Of a stretch of 64,000 nt of DNA, positions 1-9,673 are shown piece after piece; positions within the stretch are counted from its first letter, which is position 1; each line of letters starts with the position of its first letter. This DNA comes from a virus. Lineage: Duplodnaviria > Heunggongvirae > Uroviricota > Caudoviricetes. The notes below the pieces were generated by a model. It had not been told where the DNA came from, searched no databases, and worked only from the letters and a program-made list of their open reading frames with translations. Where the stretch lies: IMG/VR virus record IMGVR_UViG_3300012663_000706. One strand, given 5' to 3'. A program made the translations under genes and the position numbers.

Positions 1-1188
1 ATTTTGGCTAAATTGAGTAAAGAAGTCTCCTTCTCCAGTAATATCGACAATTTTTGCTTGTAAAGGCAAATAGTCTTTTTGTAACCTTCTTTTAAGGCCA
101 TATAATTTTACTAAGATTTCTTCTGGTGTAAAGTCAAAAGACTCTTTAACGGTAGGAATATCCCACTCGTCAACTCCGCCGTCTGGTTCATTTAATTTAT
201 AAACTAACGAGAATCTTGAAGTTTTCTTTAAATTAGAATTAGGTAATTCAATTGCATCGTTTTTCTTTACCAAATATCCAGATGCATTAGGATCTGCTAC
301 AGCAACTGCTCTTAATTTACCAAATCCCGCTGATTGCTCATCAATATTTAACCAATATTCCTTAAGTTTGATATTATCATATCCAAAGAATTTGATCGCG
401 TTGATGATAGCCTTATAAGTACCAATAAAAGGTTTTATATTGTGACCTTCTAATAAAAGTTCTTTTCTCTTTTCGTTTAATAGTAAATGATTAACTTTAA
501 GTTCATTAACGTCGCTGGATTTAAAAATCAGGAAATCTTCTTCGTGAAAAGATAGTCCTAAGTTATTTAAAAGAATTGTTAGTCTTTCGTCTTCTCCTTC
601 AGTTTCGCCATATATTTTAATAGTTGCTATTCGATGAGAGTTTTTTCCATCAGCACCAACTTCATAAATATTCAAAAGTTTAATATGGATTTTCTCCTCT
701 TCTGACATCAGTGCGATTCTACAATGTAGAGCTTCTGGTGAAACATTACTAGGAATTACCTTATAAATATTACCAGTATTTGGATTGGCTTCAGTCGTAT
801 TATAGTTTACATAAGTAAAGGTACCAGTGCTAGTAGAATAGGCTTGCATGTTCTCTATCTGAGAAGTTGCCTGATTTATGGTAAAATTACCATTTGAATC
901 TAATGCAGTATTGTATAAGAATATATCGCCTTTGTAACTTTCATTATCTTCAAACTCGAATTTTATCTTTGTAGAAGTTTGATTTTCTGAAATAGGTAAA
1001 ACATATTCAGATCCTCCTAATTGTTTATAAACTTCTTCAAGTATAAAAAGATTAATAGTCTCATACAAACCAACAGAAACTCTTGGAGCATATATGATTC
1101 CGTCCCACGACTCGGATACTGAATCATAATTAAAATTTAATTCATGTGATGCACCATTAAAGAATCTGAGATTCGAATATTTTCCCAT
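1..1188 (-). CDS. Putative baseplate wedge protein (3' end runs off the window)
   Basis: Not in the ORF track. ATG at 1188 (MGKYSNLRFF); the in-frame segment IKPFIGTYKAIINAIKFFGY resembles the GT-containing motif of wedge/tail-I proteins; lies downstream of the gp6-like gene. Confidence 0.55.
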   Translation of the reverse strand, partial: MGKYSNLRFFNGASHELNFNYDSVSESWDGIIYAPRVSVGLYETINLFILEEVYKQLGGSEYVLPISENQTSTKIKFEFEDNESYKGDIFLYNTALDSNGNFTINQATSQIENMQAYSTSTGTFTYVNYNTTEANPNTGNIYKVIPSNVSPEALHCRIALMSEEEKIHIKLLNIYEVGADGKNSHRIATIKIYGETEGEDERLTILLNNLGLSFHEEDFLIFKSSDVNELKVNHLLLNEKRKELLLEGHNIKPFIGTYKAIINAIKFFGYDNIKLKEYWLNIDEQSAGFGKLRAVAVADPNASGYLVKKNDAIELPNSNLKKTSRFSLVYKLNEPDGGVDEWDIPTVKESFDFTPEEILVKLYGLKRRLQKDYLPLQAKIVDITGEGDFFTQFSQN

Positions 1189-1191
1189 TTG

Positions 1192-1476
1192 TTATCTTAT
1201 TTTAGTATAATTTTTACTAACAGTGTAGTTCTTATATACGTGGAGATGCGTTACAGCATCTACATATTTAACAATAACTTCCTGTAGTAATATGATAAAA
1301 TCGCCAACATACTCATTTCTTAATAGAGCATTTGATAGCGATTTTGAAAGTATGCTTGTTCTAAAATCATGACCCAAGTTTTTTCTATCATCAAAGGTAC
1401 TAACTTGAAAATCATAAATGCTTTCGTAACCTGATGAAAATAAACCGTCAAATAAATTTATTTGTTCTTTAGCCAT
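1192..1476 (-). CDS. Small hypothetical protein in the baseplate module
   Basis: 94 aa ORF, translationally coupled to the 606 aa wedge gene. Confidence 0.55.
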   Translation of the reverse strand: MAKEQINLFDGLFSSGYESIYDFQVSTFDDRKNLGHDFRTSILSKSLSNALLRNEYVGDFIILLQEVIVKYVDAVTHLHVYKNYTVSKNYTKIR

Positions 1477-3296
1477 TACATTTTCTTTCTATTTTGAGTT
1501 TGTATCGTAGAGTATATTGTATTCTGCACAGGTGGCTCATCAAAATAAACTGATAGAGCTGCCATTTCTCCGGCTCTTGCATCATCTGGAACCGTAATTC
1601 CACTTTGATCTTTCCAACCGCCTCTAAACATTGCAACTTCCTCTTTGCCAAGAATAATATCTCCAAAGGAATCTAATCCAATTACCGATTCAGGTAAAGG
1701 TGCGCCTTTTTCAAAATTAACATTTGTCGTTGTGGTAGTTCTTTTAAAGAATACAAATTTTTGTTTTCCATTTCCAATAGTTTCTAAAGTTGGAGTAGAA
1801 GGAGTTACTGTAGTAGTTGTTGACGTATAGTATCCGTTTCTTCTAGCTGTCTCTTCAGTTTCTGAAACAAATCTAATGTTTACAGAATCTACACCATCAA
1901 CACCTTCAATAATAGCAATTAAATCCGATTTTGGTAAACGATCTCTTCTGGTAATATTCATTAGATACTCAGAAACTCTTGCTCTAATATCAGTGAATAT
2001 GTTTGTTTTTGAATATCCTTCGAAATATCTAATCTTAATATCCATTCTATAATACTTAGCAACTGGCTCTACGATTTGAACTTCCGTTGTAACCATCTGT
2101 TGACCAGAATTTTCTAGCAAACCAAGTATTCCATTTTTCTCATCAGATGAAAAGAAAAACTCGTTAATATCAAGACTAAAATAATCTTTGTTCTTTGTTA
2201 ATTTCTTTTTAGTGTTTGGTAACATGAATAGGTAGATAATATTATCATCATCTAAAAAACCATCGTCAGTTGTATTGTAGGCATCAAGGTATGAAAATAA
2301 ACCGTATCTTGATAGGAAATATTCATAATTATCAGGGTGAGCCAATACAAAGGATTTAGACGCGAGTGGCGCGATTAATTTAGTTGTCTTGATTGTTTCT
2401 GGATAAGCTCCCATTTTAGGCGCTAGAGTACATTCAAGTTCTAATATTTTATTTAAGTCATATGTTTGACCCGTTGAATCAGTTCCTTCTGATTGAAATT
2501 TAAAAGTAATATCTTTTGCATCAATAAGATTTCCTGCTTCTCCACCATGTACAATATATTCTATTGTAATCGTAGCTCCTGCTGGAGGCATCATTCCAAA
2601 ACTATCATTTCCAAAATACAAATCTAAACCACCACTAATACCAGTTTTTATAAGGTAACCTTTAGTAGTCGGTAACATGTCATATAAAGTTTCATGTCTT
2701 GTCCATAATTCACCATTTACCGAAACTCTAGTAGCGTAATGGTCAGTATATCCTTTAGTGTTAATATTAAATGATTGTAAAGGACCTCCGGTTGCGGTTA
2801 CATTTTGTGATTCATGCGAACCTTGTATAATTGGAATTCTAACATAATTAAAATTAGACTTCTCAATTCTAAATTGATCGTTATTTGTTCTTAAAATATA
2901 TTCTAATCCGTTTCCGTTTGCTTTAATAATTGAATTTGCTGAAATATTAATAGCATCTCCTGCAATTTCAGAATTTGCTGAAGTATTTAATCTAACGCGA
3001 ATTTCTCCAATAGCTGAAGAACCTCTAAATGCATCATGACCAGCTAATCTAGCAAGACCATAAATAGATTCAGGTTGCTGAGCAGTCAATATGTTTTGTT
3101 CAACTGTCGCGTCTTCAATATAAAAGAATATCAATTCTGATAATTCCGTCAATACAGTTATGATTTGGAAAAACGGAGAAGCCGGTGTAAATACCTCATC
3201 TAATCTTGAGTAGAGTCTACCCATATAGGTTTTAGTATCAGCTAGTAATTCAGTAGCTTGGATTCTGGTTTTTTGTAAAAATGTTAGATTTGCCAT
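1476..3296 (-). CDS. Baseplate wedge protein (T4 gp6 / baseplate J-like)
   Basis: Motifs NILTAQQPESIYGLARLAGH, LYFGND-FG-MP and C-terminal IEGVDGVDSV, typical of gp6/J; adjacent to the gp25-like gene. Confidence 0.8.
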   Translation of the reverse strand: MANLTFLQKTRIQATELLADTKTYMGRLYSRLDEVFTPASPFFQIITVLTELSELIFFYIEDATVEQNILTAQQPESIYGLARLAGHDAFRGSSAIGEIRVRLNTSANSEIAGDAINISANSIIKANGNGLEYILRTNNDQFRIEKSNFNYVRIPIIQGSHESQNVTATGGPLQSFNINTKGYTDHYATRVSVNGELWTRHETLYDMLPTTKGYLIKTGISGGLDLYFGNDSFGMMPPAGATITIEYIVHGGEAGNLIDAKDITFKFQSEGTDSTGQTYDLNKILELECTLAPKMGAYPETIKTTKLIAPLASKSFVLAHPDNYEYFLSRYGLFSYLDAYNTTDDGFLDDDNIIYLFMLPNTKKKLTKNKDYFSLDINEFFFSSDEKNGILGLLENSGQQMVTTEVQIVEPVAKYYRMDIKIRYFEGYSKTNIFTDIRARVSEYLMNITRRDRLPKSDLIAIIEGVDGVDSVNIRFVSETEETARRNGYYTSTTTTVTPSTPTLETIGNGKQKFVFFKRTTTTTNVNFEKGAPLPESVIGLDSFGDIILGKEEVAMFRGGWKDQSGITVPDDARAGEMAALSVYFDEPPVQNTIYSTIQTQNRKKM

Positions 3297-3308
3297 CTTA
3301 TACTATGT

Positions 3309-3668
3309 TTATATTACAACTTGAACTGTTTCTTTACCGCCATCAATGTTAATATTGATGAATATTGCATCCCTGTCGTTCGAAGTTGTGTCAAACTCAA
3401 CATCAACTGTCACGTTCATCATCCCGGCTAAAGGTACATATAGTGCAAGCTGTTGTTCAATTTCGTTTTTTATTTGAGAGTCATTATAACTAAGAGTATA
3501 GACTAAATCTTCAAGATTACATCCAAGTCCAGGTTTTCCTAATACTTCTCCTTTCCTTGTAAAAAGAATAACGTCAAGCTGCGCCAACAGAGTCGCAATT
3601 CTGCTATCAGACTGCAATTTTGTTGGGTCATAATTTGGGTCTCCGTTAGTCTTAATATACAATTCCAT
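3309..3668 (-). CDS. Baseplate wedge subunit, gp25/GPW-like
   Basis: ILFTRKGEVLGKPGLGCNLEDLVY...IEQQLALYVP matches the gp25/GPW pattern. Confidence 0.8.
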   Translation of the reverse strand: MELYIKTNGDPNYDPTKLQSDSRIATLLAQLDVILFTRKGEVLGKPGLGCNLEDLVYTLSYNDSQIKNEIEQQLALYVPLAGMMNVTVDVEFDTTSNDRDAIFININIDGGKETVQVVI

Positions 3669-3686
3669 TTAGTATTTATCGTGTTT

Positions 3687-4520
3687 TTATGAGTGCATCA
3701 TCCAGTCAACTCCTTCGTCGCCTTTGATTTCTTCGATTACTGCTTCTAATTCTGATTCTCCTAGATCCTTAATAGCATCTGCATTTATTTGAATATTTCC
3801 TGGTAGATTAAAATTAAAAATACCCATCTTGCTTCCCAATGAGATTTTGATTTTAGCCGCGCAATATCTAAAGAACGCTTCGTCTTCAAATAATGAGCAA
3901 TGTGGTACCGTTTCGTAACACTCGATGATAGTATCTTTTATAGGAACCTCGCCAGTAAATCTAAGTTCATGTGTTAGTTGACTGTACTCAAATCCAGTTG
4001 GATTGTCCAAGATACTTCTAGTTAAATCAAAATAACTTTCGTTAATTACATAGTACTGTAGGTTTTCAGCACCTGAAACAGTTCCACTACCTCCATATAA
4101 ACCTCCATATAACATTTTCTCCATGGCAAAATCACCAGTTGTAAAGGTTACTGATGTTCCAGCTCCGAATCTAGATCCAGTTGGGTATACTCCATAAACT
4201 GAAAATATCTCTCCACCACCTGTGGTAGCGTCAGCTTTTGGAAGAGTAATACTTCTTGTTCTTTTAAAATATTCTGTTTTAAATATAGAAACAGGAATAC
4301 CTATAAAAGTAGTTCTTACAGAATATTCATAATTCTTATAAAACCATTTCTTAGCTCTTTCAACTATATTTTGAACTTCTTTTCTAGGTAAGTTCATTGG
4401 AATCATACAAGACCCAGTAATATCGTCTGCTAACAGATTGATAAAATTATTATAACACGCAGCATCCCATGAAGGTGGTGTAGTAAGTCCTAATTCAGTA
4501 CCTTGATAAATATCACTCAT
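3687..4520 (-). CDS. Putative neck protein (T4 gp13-like)
   Basis: C-terminal YCAAKIKISLG...FNLPGNIQINADAIKDLG resembles gp13-type neck proteins; structural context. Confidence 0.55.
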   Translation of the reverse strand: MSDIYQGTELGLTTPPSWDAACYNNFINLLADDITGSCMIPMNLPRKEVQNIVERAKKWFYKNYEYSVRTTFIGIPVSIFKTEYFKRTRSITLPKADATTGGGEIFSVYGVYPTGSRFGAGTSVTFTTGDFAMEKMLYGGLYGGSGTVSGAENLQYYVINESYFDLTRSILDNPTGFEYSQLTHELRFTGEVPIKDTIIECYETVPHCSLFEDEAFFRYCAAKIKISLGSKMGIFNFNLPGNIQINADAIKDLGESELEAVIEEIKGDEGVDWMMHS

Positions 4521-4529
4521 TTTCTTAAA

Positions 4530-5822
4530 TTATATTTTTGTTGAATCAATAATTTCAGTATCTTTGAAAACAGCTTCTTTAGTGTATTTTCCTTCTCTAA
4601 AGATTCCATCGTTCATTCTACCACTGTATACTCCATCGATTCCATGGACATAACAGTTTGTTGAAACACAGCTCTTGTTAACATAGCATGAGCCTATTTT
4701 AGAACCAGTTACCTGAGTTCCTTGATATAAATTACATGATAATAAATTTGCTGATTTTACATCTGACTGGAATATGTCGCATTGAGTAAGTTCTCCCATT
4801 ATATTACATTTTATAAACTCGTAGTTCATAATATCGAAACAGTAGGGTAGGTTACCTCCTTCAACCTGGATCCTTCCAGTATCGGAATCATAGTTAATAT
4901 GTCCCTTATCTAATTGTCCATTGGTGAACAAGTGGACAACACGGTCTTTAATTTGAGGCCAGTATATGTCGATAATATTTGGATCGTCATTTAAATCAAC
5001 TTGCAAAGTAATATCTTTCCAACCTTTATTGATGTTTCTCCAATCAAGTCTAGAATTAATAATCTTCTTATTGTTAGTTAAGATTCTTTTTAATTCAAGT
5101 TTATTATTACTAGAGAATCCTTCGCTTGTCGAAGTGTTCCATAATTGTAATAAGAATGAATCTAATAAATTTAAGATTTTTGATTGTTTTTTATGCCAAT
5201 CTTCTCCTCCTAAATATCTAAACTCTAAGTAATTCTTTGGTAATTTTTCAAAGTTTACACCGTAATACTTTGATTGAGGGAATATAAAATTCGTTTGGTT
5301 AATATGATTTCCGTCGTAGATATATGTTTCAGTTCTAGGCAAAATAAATTTAATTGATTTCGCGTAAGCTGAATCCTTTCTCATTGGAAAAGCTTTCCAA
5401 ACCTGCTCTTCTTTAAAATCTAAAATAAATTTAAGAGGACTCATTCTGGAAATCTGATACTTGTTTCCAGTTAATTTAGGATCAAAACTTAAATTAAGGT
5501 GAATAGATGAACGGTCAGAAGTATAACCATTCTTATTAATCCAATCGCATACTTTAATTATAATCATTCTACCCTCGGAATAAGGCAAGGCGCCAGTAAC
5601 TAATTCCATTAGTCCGGCGCCTCCACTCATATCGGGTTCTATCTTAAACTCCTTTTGATTCGGAGCAAATTCACTGTGATGTTTCTTCTCAATTCTAATC
5701 TTCTTGCCTAAAACTTCAGCTAATTGCTTAGTTGTTTCTTCTAGACTTACATTTGCATAGAATTCGAATTCTATTCCTACGAGACCTTTTTGGAGAATCT
5801 CTGAATCACTTAAGTTAATCAT
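4530..5822 (-). CDS. Putative amidoligase (COOH-NH2 ligase, Amidoligase_2-like) with C-terminal beta-helix-like repeats
   Basis: Motifs GIEFEF, EPDMS, ELVT, SIHLN, KYYGVN and LEFRY in the expected order. Confidence 0.7.
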   Translation of the reverse strand: MINLSDSEILQKGLVGIEFEFYANVSLEETTKQLAEVLGKKIRIEKKHHSEFAPNQKEFKIEPDMSGGAGLMELVTGALPYSEGRMIIIKVCDWINKNGYTSDRSSIHLNLSFDPKLTGNKYQISRMSPLKFILDFKEEQVWKAFPMRKDSAYAKSIKFILPRTETYIYDGNHINQTNFIFPQSKYYGVNFEKLPKNYLEFRYLGGEDWHKKQSKILNLLDSFLLQLWNTSTSEGFSSNNKLELKRILTNNKKIINSRLDWRNINKGWKDITLQVDLNDDPNIIDIYWPQIKDRVVHLFTNGQLDKGHINYDSDTGRIQVEGGNLPYCFDIMNYEFIKCNIMGELTQCDIFQSDVKSANLLSCNLYQGTQVTGSKIGSCYVNKSCVSTNCYVHGIDGVYSGRMNDGIFREGKYTKEAVFKDTEIIDSTKI

Positions 5823-5869
5823 TTACTGGATTTATATAGTTATGTTCACTATATATATCCTGTTAAGAT

Positions 5870-7087
5870 TTAAACTAACTTTAGAAATACCTTCCTGGTT
5901 TCTTCTTCGATTCTAGTAATCACTACAGTTATAGGATCTCCCTTTTTAATATCTTGAATATTAATTCCTTCTAATTCGCTAGAGTGCAGAAGACCTGTAA
6001 TTCCTTCCTCGATTTCAATAAATAAACCGTAATCTTTAATAGATCGAACAGTCCCTTGAACTTCTTGAGGTACAGCATATCTGCTCGATGCGCCATTCCA
6101 TGGATTAACAGTAGAATCAGTTTTCTGAGTTAAAGTTATTTTCGTAGTTGATATAATATCTTTAACAAAGAATGTAATTGGAGTTCCTGGATTTAAATTA
6201 CCTTTAGCATAAAGTTCTGCTGTTTCGGTAGATAAATCGTTAATGTGAATCATACCAGTTAAGCAACCATTAAATTCAACGAATACTCCGTATTTAGTTG
6301 AACCAGTTACATTACCTTCTTGTTCCTTCTCCATATTTGCTCTAAGTTCTTCAATGTGTTGAGGAATCATTGCTTGTAAATATGCACGATGCGAAACTAC
6401 GATTGTACCTTTTTCTGGTGAGAATGAAACAGGAACAACATACATGTCTGTTCCGATAATAGATTCAAAGTTAGCTAGTTTATTAATACCTGCTAAAGAT
6501 CCTGGCATGAAACATTCAATACCTTGTACTGTTACCATGTAACCTCCACCTGGAATCATTTTATCGATTCTTCCGGCGTATGCAGTACTCTTGGTTTCAG
6601 CGGCAGCCATTAAATCATTAATGATAGCTTGTTTCGTTCCTTCTGTTATAGAACCTAGGCAGAATCCTTTACTTGAACTGTCATCAATAATTTTAACAGT
6701 AAATTCTTTATCTTTTTGGATTAATTCCTTGAAAGCAGGGGATTCACGATCTAAATCAATATAAATTAATTCTCTGTGGCCAACATCAATAGTTGCCCAT
6801 CTTGAATCCATTGAATATATTTTACCAACTAAATGATCGCCGTTCGAAACTTTAGATACAAATTTATCTAATGAATTTTCGTACATTTCGTACATTTGTT
6901 GTGCATTTTTTGCTAAAGAATAAACTTTAACGCCATGCGGTACTTTAACGTGTGGATTTCCTTTTCTCATTCGGCTTGGACAGCCTTCAGTGTACGCATC
7001 CCAATCGAAATCTTCTAATCCTTGGGTTGGCAACTCTTTTGTTGTTTTTTGGATTAGGTCTTGTTTTTTTACTAATTCTTGTAGCAT
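5870..7087 (-). CDS. rpsA: Ribosomal protein bS1 homolog (about four S1 domains)
   Basis: Bacteroidota-like N-terminal EDFDWDAY; S1 repeats YGVFVEFNGCLTGMIHINDLS and YGLFIEIEEGITGLLHSSEL. Confidence 0.85.
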   Translation of the reverse strand: MLQELVKKQDLIQKTTKELPTQGLEDFDWDAYTEGCPSRMRKGNPHVKVPHGVKVYSLAKNAQQMYEMYENSLDKFVSKVSNGDHLVGKIYSMDSRWATIDVGHRELIYIDLDRESPAFKELIQKDKEFTVKIIDDSSSKGFCLGSITEGTKQAIINDLMAAAETKSTAYAGRIDKMIPGGGYMVTVQGIECFMPGSLAGINKLANFESIIGTDMYVVPVSFSPEKGTIVVSHRAYLQAMIPQHIEELRANMEKEQEGNVTGSTKYGVFVEFNGCLTGMIHINDLSTETAELYAKGNLNPGTPITFFVKDIISTTKITLTQKTDSTVNPWNGASSRYAVPQEVQGTVRSIKDYGLFIEIEEGITGLLHSSELEGINIQDIKKGDPITVVITRIEEETRKVFLKLV

Positions 7088-7131
7088 TTGTTTGTTTAAA
7101 TTAAAAGTGAATTATGAGTTATATATCGAAT

Positions 7132-8934
7132 TTAAAAAGCAGTTGGCACGAAACCAATCATCGGAACAGGACCGCCTGGTGTCGGTATCTGGCCCATGTA
7201 TATAAATTTTAATTGTAAAAGGTGTTTTGCGCATGCTGCAGCAACTGCTGCTGCAACTGCTTTGGTGGCTGGTTGTAATAGTGGCTCGAGTTTTGCTAAT
7301 TTACCGGTATTCCATGCTCTTCTAAGATCCTTTGCTAAAGCCTTTTTACTTCCATAATATAGAGGTATATAAGTACCTGGAGTAGGAATCAAACACGGTG
7401 GAACCGGAGGAGCAGATTTAAATGGTGCAACTGCGCAACTCATCCAATAATTAATTATTGCGCTTGCCATAGTATCATAAGGATCATCTTTTCCATCTTC
7501 TGGATCGGCATCCTTCTTTTCGGAAACTGCAAGTTCATCGATCCATTGCTTTTGTAGGGCATTGTGCTTTTCTCGATCTGTCTTACGTAGTTTTCTTTTT
7601 GCTTCAATTCTATCATTCTCATTAGGTGTCGTTGCTTTATCATGCGTAGTTTGAGTAACATCATCGATACCTTTTACATAACATAGTTTACAAATAAGAA
7701 AATCGGTCAGCCAGGTTGGCCATACTTCTTTGTCATCTAAATGTTCGAATTGAATAATCTTTTTATTTAGCGGATTCTTTAAAGTTGTTTTAAGATTTGA
7801 ATTTACGCGAAGATATTCAGCGTCTGCTTCTGACTGTATGATAGCATCTTTTTTTGATAAAAAAGAAACTAACGTAGTTTTAAGAGCATATCTTTCATTA
7901 GCAATTAATAATTCGTATTCTTTATTAATAGAGTACGCCGTCTGTCTAGTAGGTACTTGAGACTTGGTATTATAAATATTAGTATATTTTGTAGTGATCT
8001 GACTTACTATGGTTTTTCTATCAGTAACACCAAGTATTCTAACACATTCATCTCCTACCTTTTTACCATATTCTTTTTCATATCCTAATGAAAATCTAGT
8101 CAAAAACCTTACAAATCTTATATCACCATCATTTTGGTATAAAACTCTTTTTACAATCAATTCAAGTTTTTCTTCTTCTGTTAAAACTAATTTTGGTTTT
8201 ACAGTTCCATTAATAACTTCAGCCGGTTTAGTTGAATCTGTTGGAATATTAATTTCAACGGTTTGATTTAATTTATGCTGAGTATCTGGAAATGCAGAAT
8301 CAACTACATTCGTTAGAGTATATTTTAATTTCCCAGGAGTATCGAATGGCGCATATAGATTTGCAAATCCATTTTCGTCAGACGTAATTTGAATAGGTTC
8401 TCCATCATTTAAAGTGTATGTAAATATGTAAGGTGCTAAACCACTTTTACCTGTAAAAGTTAAGATTGGTTGAGACTGTTCTACCGCTGCTCCGAAAATA
8501 TCAGCGCTAGTTAATTCTGGAGCTGCTCCAATTGGTTTTGTAGGTTCTGGTTTAGGGGGAAAGAATTCATAGAAATTAGTATCTGGCAAGGCATCACCCT
8601 TACTAATAACCCATTTTCTAAATTCAGCAGCCGCGTCGTATTTCTTTGGAATCGGTAAACCTTCTAATAAGTCAGCATAATTCCCGTCTTTAATCTTATC
8701 TTCTAATGTAGGAGCTAAGGATTTAAATAAATCATTGAACGCTTTTTTGAATCCAATTTCTAATATGGTCTTTTGACCAGAACTATGAAGATTTCCAAAT
8801 GGAGTTTGCGCTGTTTTGACTGCATTAAAATATTCGTTTGCCACAAACGCACCAATGTCATCTGCTCCTTTAGAAGATCGACTTGCTAGTTTTGATGATA
8901 CGTTATTTATAAATAGTGGCCACTGTGCAGGCAT
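7132..8934 (-). CDS. Putative virion protein with an internal Ig-like domain
   Basis: 600 aa ORF next to the spike gene; LTFTG-GLAPYIFTYTLN...YTLTNVVD is an Ig-like pattern; late-type motif upstream. Confidence 0.5.
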   Translation of the reverse strand: MPAQWPLFINNVSSKLASRSSKGADDIGAFVANEYFNAVKTAQTPFGNLHSSGQKTILEIGFKKAFNDLFKSLAPTLEDKIKDGNYADLLEGLPIPKKYDAAAEFRKWVISKGDALPDTNFYEFFPPKPEPTKPIGAAPELTSADIFGAAVEQSQPILTFTGKSGLAPYIFTYTLNDGEPIQITSDENGFANLYAPFDTPGKLKYTLTNVVDSAFPDTQHKLNQTVEINIPTDSTKPAEVINGTVKPKLVLTEEEKLELIVKRVLYQNDGDIRFVRFLTRFSLGYEKEYGKKVGDECVRILGVTDRKTIVSQITTKYTNIYNTKSQVPTRQTAYSINKEYELLIANERYALKTTLVSFLSKKDAIIQSEADAEYLRVNSNLKTTLKNPLNKKIIQFEHLDDKEVWPTWLTDFLICKLCYVKGIDDVTQTTHDKATTPNENDRIEAKRKLRKTDREKHNALQKQWIDELAVSEKKDADPEDGKDDPYDTMASAIINYWMSCAVAPFKSAPPVPPCLIPTPGTYIPLYYGSKKALAKDLRRAWNTGKLAKLEPLLQPATKAVAAAVAAACAKHLLQLKFIYMGQIPTPGGPVPMIGFVPTAF

Positions 8935-8965
8935 AATGTTATATTTTATAAGATATTTATCCTAA

Positions 8966-9670
8966 TTATTTACCTTCTTGCTGATATGGCTTATGTTGTG
9001 GAGCCCATGGTTTAACAGGCGGACCACTTGGACCGGTAGGAGTAGGATGAGTATGTGAATTATATTCAGACTTAAATGATTCTAAGAATTTTTCTAATGA
9101 TTTACCTCTAACCGCTGGTTCTTTAGTATCTTCTGATGCCTCTCCAGTATTTGACAAATAAACATTACCAGCATCTAAAAAGATTTTAGTATCTGTACTG
9201 ATTTTAATATTGTTCTTTTCATCGATTTGTATTAGGGGTCTCTCCTTGGCACCCTTACCTTTTGTGATAATTATACCATCTTTAGGAGAATGATAGATTC
9301 TGATGCCACGCACTTCATCGTAGACTAATGAGATAGTCTGTTGTGCTTCATCTTCTGACAAGGCATCTAAAACCTCTGATTTTAAAATTTTACGTTGATT
9401 AACCTGATAGAAATATTCAGGATGGTATAAATTACCGTTATCAAAACGAACAGAAACTACATCGTTTACATTTGGAATAGCATGCGCACCTACAGTGCCT
9501 CTGTTTCCACAAGCAGCCCAAGGAATATCAGCTGGAGGTACATTATCAAATTTACCAAAGACAAGAACTTTGCATCTTCCATTTTTTAATGGGTCTTTGT
9601 TATCAACAACTTTACCGAGCCAGTGGGTATCCCTGATGTTATCATTTCCTATTTCGTCGACTGTTGCCAT
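8966..9670 (-). CDS. Baseplate central spike (gp5 N-terminal OB fold, gpV-like tip)
   Basis: GKVVDNKDPLKNGRCKV...IPWA OB motif; C-terminal HTH(P) metal-binding tip motif. Confidence 0.85.
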   Translation of the reverse strand: MATVDEIGNDNIRDTHWLGKVVDNKDPLKNGRCKVLVFGKFDNVPPADIPWAACGNRGTVGAHAIPNVNDVVSVRFDNGNLYHPEYFYQVNQRKILKSEVLDALSEDEAQQTISLVYDEVRGIRIYHSPKDGIIITKGKGAKERPLIQIDEKNNIKISTDTKIFLDAGNVYLSNTGEASEDTKEPAVRGKSLEKFLESFKSEYNSHTHPTPTGPSGPPVKPWAPQHKPYQQEGK

Positions 9671-9673
9671 GTA

